A stretch of DNA of 64,000 bases. Source: Monocercomonoides exilis PA203. Its lineage: Eukaryota > Protista > Preaxostyla. Of the stretch, positions 46,852 to 58,700 are shown in pieces. Every line of letters begins with the position of its first letter. Position 1 is the stretch's first letter. The notes under the pieces were generated by a model. The model was given only the letters and a program-made list of their open reading frames with translations, did no database searches and had not been told where the DNA came from. Made by a program: the position numbers and the translations under genes. Where the stretch lies: the NCBI GenBank assembly GCA_001643675.2, contig LSRY02000031.1, positions 1,116,001 through 1,180,000 on the forward strand. The letters are read 5' to 3'.

Positions 46852-49800
46852 ATGGAAAATGAACAAAAAACGCCTCAATCGCTGTGTAAGCTGTCTAAAG
46901 CAGCGATATCTGAAGCACATCTTCATTCATTTAACAACAAGATGACGCTCAGCGATTTTGAGGAAGGCTTAGAAATTGGAAGTGGTTCATATGCAAATGT
47001 TTGAAAATAATTGATTTGTGATTTTCATGAAATTCATAACTTTATGATTTCATAATTTTTGTATTTAATTTTATTCAAGGTGAAAGTTGTGTCAAATAAG
47101 GCTGATGGAAATACATATGCTCTTAAAGTATTCAACAAATACAAAATAAAAAAATTGAACAAACTTCCAACAATTGAAACTGAATTTAACATAATGAATC
47201 GACTTTATCATCCAAACATAATAAAACTTTATGCTACATTTGAAGATAAGAGAACTATTTGTTTGTTATCCTTTAAAGCTAAAAATATATCACAATTCTT
47301 TTTTAAGCGCTTTTACTTGAACTAGGACTTGATAACTTGCTATCACTTTATTCTGAAGAATTTTTCGTATGAATGTTATGATTTGATAATTATTTTATTG
47401 ATTGCTGTTTTACATCACAGGATCACATAACTTATGATATTATTCAATTTTGTGCTGCAGAAATTCTTCTTGCAATCGAACACTTGCACAACGAAGGGTT
47501 ATTTTTCTTTTATTTAAATTGGAAATCGATGATTGTAATTCTTTTCTTATTTGTAGAATACTGCACCGAGATTTGAAGCCAGAAAATGTAATTATTGGAA
47601 TGAACGGCCATTTGAAACTCACTGATTTCGGTACAGCCAAGGACATCCGAGCAGAGCGGCAGCGAGTGTTGGCAGAAGCAGAAGCAGAAGCAAAGCAACA
47701 AAACAAAGATAGCCAAGGGAACAACTCTGATCCACACAAGAATTCATCATCATCGTCCACCACTCTTCAATCCCCACTTTCTTCTTCCTCCTCCTCCCGC
47801 CGTTCAGTCCGCATCGCCGCCACATACGTCGGCTCTCCACATTATATATCACCAGAGGTGCTTCTGTCAAAGGGGGCAACAGAAGCGTCAGACATGTGGG
47901 GGTTTGGCTGTGTGCTGTTTTTTCTGTGTGCAGGAGAGCCTCCGTTTGAAGGGGAAAGCGATTGGGATGTACAGAAGGCGATTGTGGAAGGGACGGTGAT
48001 ATTCCCAGAGGAGGTGGAGAGGTGGAGAGAGAGGTGGAAGGAGTGGGCAAGAGAAGAGAGGGAGAGGGAGAGGGAGAAAGAGAAGGAGAAGGAGGAGAAG
48101 AAAAAGGAGGAGGAAAAAGAAGAAAAAGAGAAAGAAAAAGAGAAGAATGGATCTTTGACTGAAGAAGAAAAAGAAGATTGCAATTCACAAACTGAAATCA
48201 ACAGTAACAACTCTATAACAGAAGATTCTGAAGAGCCTATAAATAAATCTGTAAATGCTCCTTCAACTTCTTCTTCCTCTTCCTCTCATCCAACTCTTAT
48301 CCCTCCCTTCCCCCCATCCCCTCCTTCTCCTTCTCCTTCCACTTTATTCTTCACTCCAGCTGCAGCTCACCTCATTTCTTGCCTTCTTTCTGTTGACCAA
48401 ACAAAGCGATATTCAGTCAAAGAAGCGAAAAAACATCCGTTTTTCAATGGAATTGACTGGGAAACGCTGTCTTTTTCGCCTTCTCCTCTGCAGAATTTAG
48501 TGGAGAAGATAAGAAACGAAGGATTTTGGGGAGAAAGAGAAGAGGAGGAAGGGGAAGGGGAAGCGGGAGGAGGAGGAGGAGGAGGAGGAGGAGGTGTGAT
48601 TAAAGAATGGATTGTGGGGAAGAATGAAATAAATGATAATAATCCATTGAACGAAGAGGGGTTGGTGAATGAAAGAAAAGGAGATATTAATACAGCAATG
48701 AAAGAGAACGAGATGAAAGACGGATTGAATGGGATGCATGACAAAGAAAAAGGACGTTCATCATCATCTTCTTCTTCTTCTTCATCACCTGCTTCTTCCT
48801 CTTCCTCTGCTTCTTCTTTCTCAAATTTGAACGCAGCAAATAATTCCATCACCTCCAAAGATAATGTTGACACTCAAAATTCTTCAATTTCATCATCATC
48901 ATCATCATCATCATCTTCATCATCTTCTTCTTTCACACCCTCAAACACCTCTCAAACACCTCATTCTTCATTCATACCTTCAATTTTGCTTACACCCACT
49001 GCACATCCTAATGATATAACACCATCAACCACATCCACATCCACATCAATTTCTTCTTCTTCTTGTCATCCTCTTCCTCCTTCCTCTTCCTCTTCTTCTT
49101 TCTCCTCTCTCTCTTCTCTTTCTTCTTCTTCTTCTTCTTCTTCTTCTTCTTCTTCTTCTTCTTCTTTCTCTTCCACTTCTTCATCTGCTCAATCGCAACC
49201 ACCAAAACTCCGCACATTTCACTTCTATCCCCATCGTCGCCAACAACCACACGCAACTTCATTCTCTTCTTCTTCAAATTCTTCTTCTTCTTCTTCCTCT
49301 TCTTCTTCGTCTTCTTCCTCTTCTTCCTCTGCTTTGTCTTCTCTCTCCTCCATCAACAGCTCTTCTCAGCCTCATCCAACAATGCCTAAAACTTCAGGTT
49401 TTGTGAATCCATCTTCTTCAACTTCTTCTTCTTCTTCTTCTCATTCACTTCAATCTCCTCTTCCTCCTTCCTCTTCCTCTTCTTTTGCTTCATGTCACAG
49501 CAATCTTTCGTCCATCCCTTCTTCCATTCCTCTCCCAACAATTCACTTCTTCTCACCTTCCACATCACCCACTTCCCCTTCTCATAATTCTTCTTCTTCT
49601 TCTTCTTCTTCTTCTTCTTCTTCCTCCTCCTCCTCCTCCTCCTCCTCCTCCTCTTTCTCCTTCCCTTTCTCTCCCACCTCTTCTCCCAACACATCTCCTT
49701 CTATTTCTCCCTCCACCACTCCTCCAACAGTCCCTCTTTCTCATTCAATTCCTCATTCATTCCCTTTCACCCAGCCTTCTTCGCCAACCGCCTCTTCTCC

Positions 49801-51085
49801 TTCTCCCTCTCCTTCTCTCGCCTTCTCCAACCTCAGACGCTCAGCTTCTTACAGCAATTCATCATCATCATCATCTTCTTCTTCAACATCTTCTTCTTCT
49901 CCTTCTTCTTCCTCTTCCTTTTCTTCGTCATCTCCTTCTTCATCCTTCTCTTCCCCTTCCCCTTCCTCTTCCTTTTCTAACCCTCGCCATTCTGCCCCTT
50001 CCAGAAACAGTCCTTTTCCTCAGCCTCAATTCGTCGCCCTTTCAAAGCCCAAAGCATCAAAATCACTTCAACAAATACACTTTGCTTCATCTGGCTCTTC
50101 TTCATACACATCTTCTTCATCATCCTCATCTTCTTTTCCTTCTTCTTCCAATTCATCTTCGTCATCATCATCATCTTCTTCATCTTCCTCCTCTTCCTCT
50201 TTTTCTCCTTCACTAGTGCCAATTTCTTCCTCTTCCTCTTCCTGTTCCTCTTACACATCTTCTTCTTCTTCTTCTTCTTCTTCTTCTTCTTCTTCTTCTT
50301 CTGGCCTTCTCACTTCTCCATTCAAACACCGTTCAATTTCTCCTTCATCTCCCACCCCTTCCAAACCAGGTGGTAATATTTCTTCATCTTTTTCTTCCTC
50401 TTCCTCTTCTTCCTCCTTTTCATCATCATCATCTTCTTCTTCTTCTTCATCTTCTTCTCCTTCGCCGACAACTTCTCCTTCTCTGAGCACACAGGCTAAT
50501 TCATTTGTTGCACTTTCTTCTCCTTCGCTGGTGCCAAATTCTTCTGCTTCAGTAATTTCTTCTTCTTCTTCTCCTCCTTCGACTTCTCCTTCATTAGTCC
50601 CAAATTTCACTTCCTCTTCTTCCTCTTCTTCCTCTTCTTCCTCTTCTTCCTCCTCCTCTTCTTCTTTAAATCCAATCCCTCCTTCCCTCTCATCCCTCAA
50701 CCAGCATTCCTCTCTCTTGGCCTCTCCCTTCCAAGCACAGCCAGTCAGAAAGCGCACTTCTTCTGTCTCTGTCATTTCTTGCTATTCTTCTCAAACGGGA
50801 CACCACAATTCAGCGATTGCGCATCAAGGAGAGATTGAAATAGGACAGAAGGAGGAGAAAGAGAAAGAGAAAGAGAAAGAGAAGGAACAGAGAAGAATGA
50901 CGAATGAAGCAGAAACGGAGGAAGGAAGTGAAAGAGACAAAGGGTTTGAGTTGCCTAGCGGAGGAAGTGGAAGTGGAAGTGGAAGTGAAGGAGGGAAGAA
51001 GGATGAGCAGAAGGAGAAAGGAGACGAAGAAAGCTTCGATAAGATGAAAGCTGCTCTTTCGAGAAGAAGAAACACGAATTGCTGA
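46852..51085 (+). CDS. PDK1-like AGC Ser/Thr kinase with very long Ser-rich tail (5 exons)
   Basis: DFEEGLEIGSGSYAN|VKV...YALKVFNK..IKKLNK...LYHPNIIKLYATFED..|LLLELG..|FCAAEILLAIEHLH.|ILHRDLKPEN...HLKLTDFGTAK...YVGSPHYISPEVL..SDMWGFGC...KKHPFFNGIDW. The start could be 46789 or 46852. Confidence 0.82.
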
Positions 51086-51329
51086 AGAAAAATGAGATTT
51101 TGAATTTTGAATTTTTTCATTTATTTTTATTTCTTGTGTGTTGTTTGAAGTGGAAGGAAGATATCAGTTTTTGAGAACTTTTTTTCCGTTTGAAAGATTT
51201 TATCCTCTTCAGATTTTTCTTTCATATGCATCAGCAAATAATCTGACCCATTTCAACCACTCCGTTTTTATATTTCTCCGTTTCATTCATATTTCCTGAC
51301 AACTGTGTTATTTTCCCTATAAACAATGC

Positions 51330-52490
51330 TTATTTTCCTGTTATTCAGCCAACCCTTCTTTGATGCCATTTCCTTTATCAGAGCTGTTGCCGTTCCTCAT
51401 CTTCTTAATGTTCATGCAATTGGGCTGATGACAATTGCTTCATCATTGCCATCGAACACGTTAAGAGCACATTTTTTGTCTTTCCATCTTCATCCTCCTC
51501 ATCCACTTCTATTCCACTGCGCTGTATTTCTCTTGCTGCTCCGGCTGTTTGTGTGTAGTCCTGAGAAGGAGTCGAATGGATTCTTATCAGTCCTGCCACT
51601 GAAGGAACTCCAGCACACGCCCTTCAAACTGAAGAAGACATCATCAACAGATCGAGCAGATGAAAGATCAATCGAAGCACGCTCACCACATCTGCTGCTC
51701 CAACTGCAAAAGAATATGCTCCCCCACAAACTCGATGCCCATTTTTCTTTGTTCATTTTGTTCATTCAGAAAGCAGCAGAAGAGAAAAATTCGGAGGAGA
51801 GGAATCGTCTCTCAACGATGTAACATTTCAAATCCAACTCATCATGGCACGATGTGATATAATTCTCCAAATGATTCAATCTCTTTCAATGATGAAGAAT
51901 GAAGATCGAATGATGAGCAGTTGCCTTGGCCAAAACATTCTGCAAATGGAATTGATGTCCAATGGTACACTCGCATTGCGATGTTCCAGAAAGGTTGATA
52001 ACAGAAAGAAATGGAAAAATAAATACTCATTTTCTGAAGACTGATCCAGACTTTTCTGTTCTTTTCAGCTGAAAACAAAATGACAAAGGAGGAGAGAGAG
52101 AGGAGTTTGGCTCTGAGAGAAGCGAGCGAAACAGAAGAAGGGAAGATAAGGAGGAGGGGGGTGGGGGAATGTGTTCATCGATCCAACAGCGCAATAAAAC
52201 AAACAGAGAGACAGAAAATGTCACTTCCTCCAAACATATGGAATATGGGTTCTTCCACATTTCCCTTCTGCTCTCATTTTCAATCAACATTTGATGTCTA
52301 ATCCATTCATTCTAATCTGAGAGACAATTCTTTTTGATTCCTTTTGCTTGTGAAAGGTGTCTCAAAGAGCTCTGCTCAAAGCATGTGCCTATTCCACATG
52401 GGATGTTTGTGATGTTAGTTTGATTTTTTTTAGGGAAGCCTTCTTTGGCTGTCTCATGGACTTCATTTGGTGGAAAGCACAAGTCATTCA
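51330..52490 (-). pseudogene. Possible decayed remnant of a receptor-pseudokinase family C-terminus
   Basis: Higher-GC, protein-like but stop- and frameshift-riddled sequence. The fragment at about 51930-51990 reads ...ECTIG / IPFAE in adjacent frames, resembling WECVTLEIPFGE of 10743-18503. Confidence 0.25.
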
Positions 52491-52743
52491 TCAAACAAAA
52501 CCATCACATTGACATTCATTTCGTTTTGTAATTTCTCATTTTGAGTTCTCTCTTTGAAGATTTCTTGTCTTTCACATCTTCAGAATTGAATTGTTATCTT
52601 TTGGTTTCAAAACAATCTCTTTCGTCTTCATGTCGAAATTGAAGGACACTTTTTTTATAGTGCTTTCGTTCTCATGAAAACGTTTGTGAAATAAGTGAAA
52701 TGTTTGTTTTGATGAATAATTTTGCATTTATTGTTGTTTTCAT

Positions 52744-52782
<39 letters not shown>

Positions 52783-53047
52783 AATATTTGAATTTGTCAA
52801 TAAGATTTATTTTTTGACAACACATTTCACATTCTTTTTTTATTGTTATCATTTTTTGTGTCAGATCAAGAATTCCAAAATAAGAGAGTTCGTTTTGAAG
52901 AAAAGAAACATACCTTGTGCATATCTGCATTTCATAATTGGAGACTTTTGTTTACAATTTCGTTTGAGGAAGAAGCAGTTATTCTGAGATTCAGCACCAA
53001 ATAAAGAGTTCACATTTGCGATTAAAGCAGAACAAATAACGAACGAA

Positions 53048-54514
53048 ATGAATATCTCTGTGATTGGCAATGAAGTTGATGAATTGCAAGAGCCAACCCC
53101 AACCGAAAAGTTTTTGAGTCTGTGCATTGTTTTTTTATCGTAATATTACTCAACTGCATGCTTTTTTTTTTTCAAATGATTCTTGAAGAAATGTTTTGTG
53201 AGCTGGAGCATTGCACAGAAATTGAACAGAAACGGATAATCGAAGAGATGAATAAAATTGTTTATGAAATGAATGAAGAGGAATTCAAGTCTGTTTTCAC
53301 GAAAGAACTGTTTTACAAAATGAACAAAATGATTGAAGATAAGAAACTGTCAATGGGAAATGTGCTTTTATTATTGAAGCATGTTGGATATTACAAAGTT
53401 CTAAAAAATACATGGAAACGCAGCTTTGAAAAATCTTCGTTGTGCCAAAGATTCGAACAGATGATAATTGCGGAGAGCAAAAAAATGGATGAAAAGGATG
53501 AAAAACTTCTTGTCGATCTTTGTGAATGCTATCTTTTGTTATACAACGGAGTTCCATCTTTGGATTTGATTTTACTGTGTATTCCTAACCTTCTTAAAGT
53601 TGCATTGAAGAAGGCAGAAGACGAGGATACCCAAAAGGAAGTGGAAATGGCTTTACTATGTTTGAGTCGCATTGATGATGGAATTGTATGAGAATTTCTA
53701 TTTCCTTTTTGATATTGTTGAATTGCATTTTCCTCCTTTTTAAAAAAAGGTTATAAGACCAAAATTGTATTTGAATGAAATCAAAGCTATCATCAAATAT
53801 CACCAAGAACACAGAAATCTGACACGACTCGCCTATCAGTCTGCTTGGCGTTTTTTGTTTTATCGATTTTTCAACGACAAAAGCTTGGAAAAAGTGATTA
53901 CAAATGAACTACGTTTTGCAAGAGAAGCAACAAGAGAATTGGAAGAACTGACAGCACGTATGAATTGGAAGAGAAAAGAAGAGGAAGGAAAAAAAGAAAA
54001 GGAAAAAGTGTTTATAATAATGAGGTGTCTCAAAACAATAACGTCTTATTTTCACTCATTCAAATTGTGGAATGAAGAATCTATAGGGCTAATTAGCATC
54101 ATTGCAGATATATTTCGGGCAGCAAAAGACAATTACGGAGAAATATGCTCCTTGTGTATTGAATCCTTTCAATATGCTACAACAAACAAAACTGTCAAAG
54201 TTGATGACTTGCTGAAAGGCAGAGCAGTTAAAGCGGTTTTGGAGGAGATGCAGAGGCCAACATTGAATGACGAAATGGTATTTCAATGCTTTATATTTTT
54301 TTTCGTATTATCAAGACGACTGAATGAAGAAGAGAATGAAGCAAATGGAAAAGAGGCAAAAAGAAAAGAGGCAAAAAAGGAGATATATGAAAAGATGGAA
54401 GAGGATGGATACGAAGATGTGGTAACAAGCTTTCACGAAAGACTGGATTATCTGAACAGAGAATTTTTTGAAGAGTTATCGTTGATTATTTCCGATTATT
54501 TTGTGAATGTTTGA
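53048..54514 (+). CDS. Lineage-specific alpha-helical (ARM-like) repeat-family protein, copy 2, 3 exons
   Basis: Model: 53048-53117, 53189-about 53685, about 53750-54514, giving MNISV...PTEKFLK-MFCELEHC...KEVEMALLCLS...HRNLTRLAYQSAW...EKMEEDGYED. It is a paralogue of 3270-4669. Confidence 0.82.
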
Positions 54515-55700
54515 AGAAATGAAATGTTTCAAATTTTGTTTTTTCACAATATCAATTTTTCTTTTGGGAGTTGTTTCCTTCACCAGCAAACGGTTGTTTG
54601 CAGCCTTATTCAATTGTAATTTTTATTGGATTGACTGATAAATTGTCAGCCAACGATGTAAATGTTTGAGGAAATGAGAGATTTTATTTATTCCAAACTC
54701 AAAAATATTTGTTTTTCTTTTCTTTTCGTTATCTCACAAAAGAGAAAACAAACAGTCATTCGAAGCCTTTTTTTTTAAATCTTTTTTGAAGATTTTTTGA
54801 AGATTTTTTTTGAAGATTTTTGCACCTTTTCAAAATGAAATGAAGCTAAAAGAAGAATAACATATAACTGTTCGATTATCGTTTCTCTTCACAAATCTCT
54901 TCCCCACATCAAATGCACTATTTATCACAAGCATAGCGATTTCTTCATTATCCTGCACTCTGCTTCTCGTTCAACATCTTTAAATAGCTTCTTTCATTCG
55001 TTCATTCAATTCATTTTGTAATATTTTGCATTGTCTTCTTTTGATGTTCGACATGTTGCATTGGTTTATTCATAAAGAACGGGCCAAAAATTTGATAAAA
55101 GAAGGAAAAAAAGAGTCGTCTCGGGTTCAAACAGATGACATGCAATTCAAAAAATTATTGTGAAGATATTTGTTCCAATCAGCTCGAACTTCTGATTAAT
55201 CTTTCACGTAGATTTTTTTGCATTTTGCGTGCATCGCATTATTAACAAAACGAACGATAAAGATAGCAATTTTTAATGAGCATAATTTATAAAGATATTT
55301 AAAAAACCTCTAAAGAAGCCATATTCAATTCTTTTTTTGATTCAAAAATTTATCATCAAATGTTTTATGAAAATTTCGGAAGAGATTTCGTGAACATTTG
55401 ATAAAAATGAAGCTTGATGCAGACCCGTTCAGTTGTTTCAAATTTTTGAATTGACAGAGATGGATAAAAAAATAAGACTAATTTTTTTCTCATGCTAACA
55501 TGTGAAAAGTTCAAAAACAAATTTCGAAAAACAATGATTAGCATTTTTTGAATTAATTCCATATGTCAATTTTTTATAATTATAATTGTTTATTAATTGT
55601 CTTTTTTTTTTTTTTTTTTTTTTCAATATTAATTTCTTTTATTTTGTAATGACATAATTGATCGATTCTTTTTAAAAAACTCACAAAAACCCATCTTATT

Positions 55701-58700
55701 ATGCTTGTGCGAACTTCAATACTCACGATCAAGTTGTTGTTTGTGATTTCTTTGTGTTGTTCCGAAAAGGGCACAAGCAGCAACAAATTCCAAGGGGTTA
55801 GAGAATATTCTTCAAAATTCAAGTTTCGATTTGAAGATGATGCAGAGAAGCACAGCATCACCAAACGCAGCTTGGAAAATAGTTTTTCTCAGGTGTGGGT
55901 TCCATGTAGAAACTCAACAAGCGTCCTCAGTTCGAAGTGTGAAAAATGGATGAAAATGCGATCAACGGTTTTATCCTGCATGAAAATGAAAAACACAAGC
56001 GCGAATTTAAAAGAATTGGAATTCCGCCAATATGTTGATTTGAGTGTGATAGAAATGGATGGATGCGAAAAAGTGATTTTGTTTTCATGTGTTTTGAAAC
56101 AGAACGGGAAAAGTGGAGCGAGTGAATTTATTGTGAACAATGGCGAGTTTTATCTTCAAAATGTGAAGATGGAACTGGATGAGCAGAATATGATTCAACA
56201 CTCGATTGTTTCAGGAGGCGGTGAAAAGGCAGGATTTCTTCTGAGAAGAGGTGCATATTTTGATGGTTGCTGTGCTTCATCGATATGTGTTTGCTCTCCA
56301 TCTCCATTTTTGTGCAGCGAGAAGCTGGAGATGGCAGAGGTGACGGATTGCCTTTTCTGCAACATCACAACGCACCACAACGGGAAAGGGTGTTGCGACA
56401 GGACGTTACAGAGAAGCGTTGTGGAGAACTGTGAAATAGAGGGATGCGAGGATGTGTTTGGGGGGAGGATAGTGAGTGGCGCGAGAGGAAATGAGTTTTC
56501 TGCACGAAATACAACATTCTGCAGAATGACAAGTGCCCACCATGATTCGCATTACACCACGCCCTTTGACGAGTTCACAACAGGAGAAGTCTCGTTTGTG
56601 AACTGCGATTTCGAAAACTGCAGAAGCACAAGCCACGGAGGAGGGGCGATCTGTGTCGGAGGAACAGCCTCACTGTCTGTTCAGAGGTGCACATTCACCA
56701 ATGTTTCAACAACAGTTGGCAGAGGAGGAGCAATCAACAGCTATTCGACAAGTTCTGTTGAAATAAATGGAGCAAGTTTCACAAGATGCTCGAGTGATGG
56801 TTTCTTTGGTGGTGCTTTAGCAGCTATTAATTCATCTTTGTCCATGGGTTTATGTATTTTTGAGCAGTGTTCATCTTCATATGGAGGTGCCATTAATGTG
56901 GAATATCAAAGTTATCTCAGAATTATTGGCACAAATTTTTATAACTGCAAAGCAACAAATCAATGTGGAGGAGCTGCTCATTTGTTCTGTCCATTTGAAA
57001 CAGTAAACTTTCTGGAAAACGAGCTTATCTTTTGCTCATCTGTAACACCGGGAGGAGGAATTGACATATATGATAACACAAGAAAGAAAAATGTTTCATT
57101 TAAGCATTGCTTATTTATATGTAATGAAGTTTTCGGTAATAACAAATATGGCTTTGATGTTTATTTTGGAGATGGATTTTCTTCAATGGTAACTTCAGAA
57201 TGGATAACTGATTCATATTCAATATCCAATAAAACAAAAAGAATATGTTTGTGCAATTTTTATTCATTCGCTTGCGAAAATCCAACATTCCATGATGAAT
57301 GGTTGCCAGTGAGTTCTTCCGAAATGAACAGGATTATTCTTGTGGATGTGAAGCAAAGCACAACAGAATCCACAGGCGATTATTACCTGTGTGGGGCTGT
57401 GTCGCATGAATGCAAGACACTGAAATACGGTGTATCAAGATGGGTGGATTGGCATCATGAGCTGATCAGGGTGCGAGGGGGAACATACGAGGAGAGCGAG
57501 ATGGTGATTGCGCAGATGAATGTTATGATAGAGCCGAACAAAGACGAAAATGAGGAGGAGGAGACAGTGACAGTTGTGACGAATGCAGTTGGGCATGCGA
57601 TGTTTGAAGTGGAGAGTGGATCGATGCAGATGGCTGGGATGATCCTGAAGCACACCATTTCGAATGAATGCCAGCAGGCGTTGCTGGAGATGAGCGGCAA
57701 AGGATCAGAAGTGAGCTTTCTGAGGTGCGAGATCATGTCTGCAGCGACAAGTGCGGTTGGGCAGCATTCGTATTTTGGAGTGAAAGCTGGAAAGATGAAG
57801 ATGGCGCAATGCACAGTGAAGAACATCGAGCTGGAGAATTGTGGGGTGATTGAGTGGGGGAATGGGGGGATGGTGGAGATGGATGGAAGCAACTTCTCTA
57901 ATATCACGCGCAGAGAAGGAAACGGGGCAGTTGTTGGGAAGAATGGGGGAGCAACAGAGAAAGTGTGGATTCAGAACATCAGCGTGAAAGACTGTGTGTG
58001 TCAGAAAGGGAACGGTGGGGGAATTGAGGTGGTGGTGGAGAATGGGTGTGATTGTGGAATTGGGGGAGCAGGGATGGAGGCAGGATTTGAGAGATGCAGA
58101 GCAGAAGAAGGAAGTGGAAGTGGAAGCAGAAGTGAGACAACAAATGAAAAAACGAGCGGAGGTGGAAACAGGAATGAGGCAGAGGAGGGGAGGAGAGGAT
58201 GTGGAGGAGGGATATGTGTGAGAGTGTTGGGAGAGGAAGCAGGGTTCAAGATTGGGGCTATTCAATTTTCCGGAAACAGTGCAGCACACGGGGAGGATGT
58301 GTGTGTGTTTGCTCCGCATCTGGAGAAGGTTGTGACAAGGACAAGCTTTGGATATTACTCTGAGAGAGGGGAGTTCAGTATTGAGAGTGCAGAGGGGATG
58401 AATGACGGATTGCGTGGAGTGTGGGTGCCGCTGGTGTTCTATCTGAGAAGCAGAGAAGGGAATGTGTCAGTGGGAGAAGATGGGACAGATGTGAGGCCCT
58501 GCGGGTTTTCGGAGTATCGGTGTCTGAGCGTGGGATATGCACTTGGACAGCAGTCAGATTGCCACCAGGTGCTGGTGTGGGGAAGCTATCAGCTGAACGA
58601 GAGCCTTGTGCTGGATGATGAGAAGGGATATGTGTGGAGCGGGACAGAAGACATGAGCAAGATGAGGATGGTGGGGAGCAGCATGGGAGTGAACGGGATT

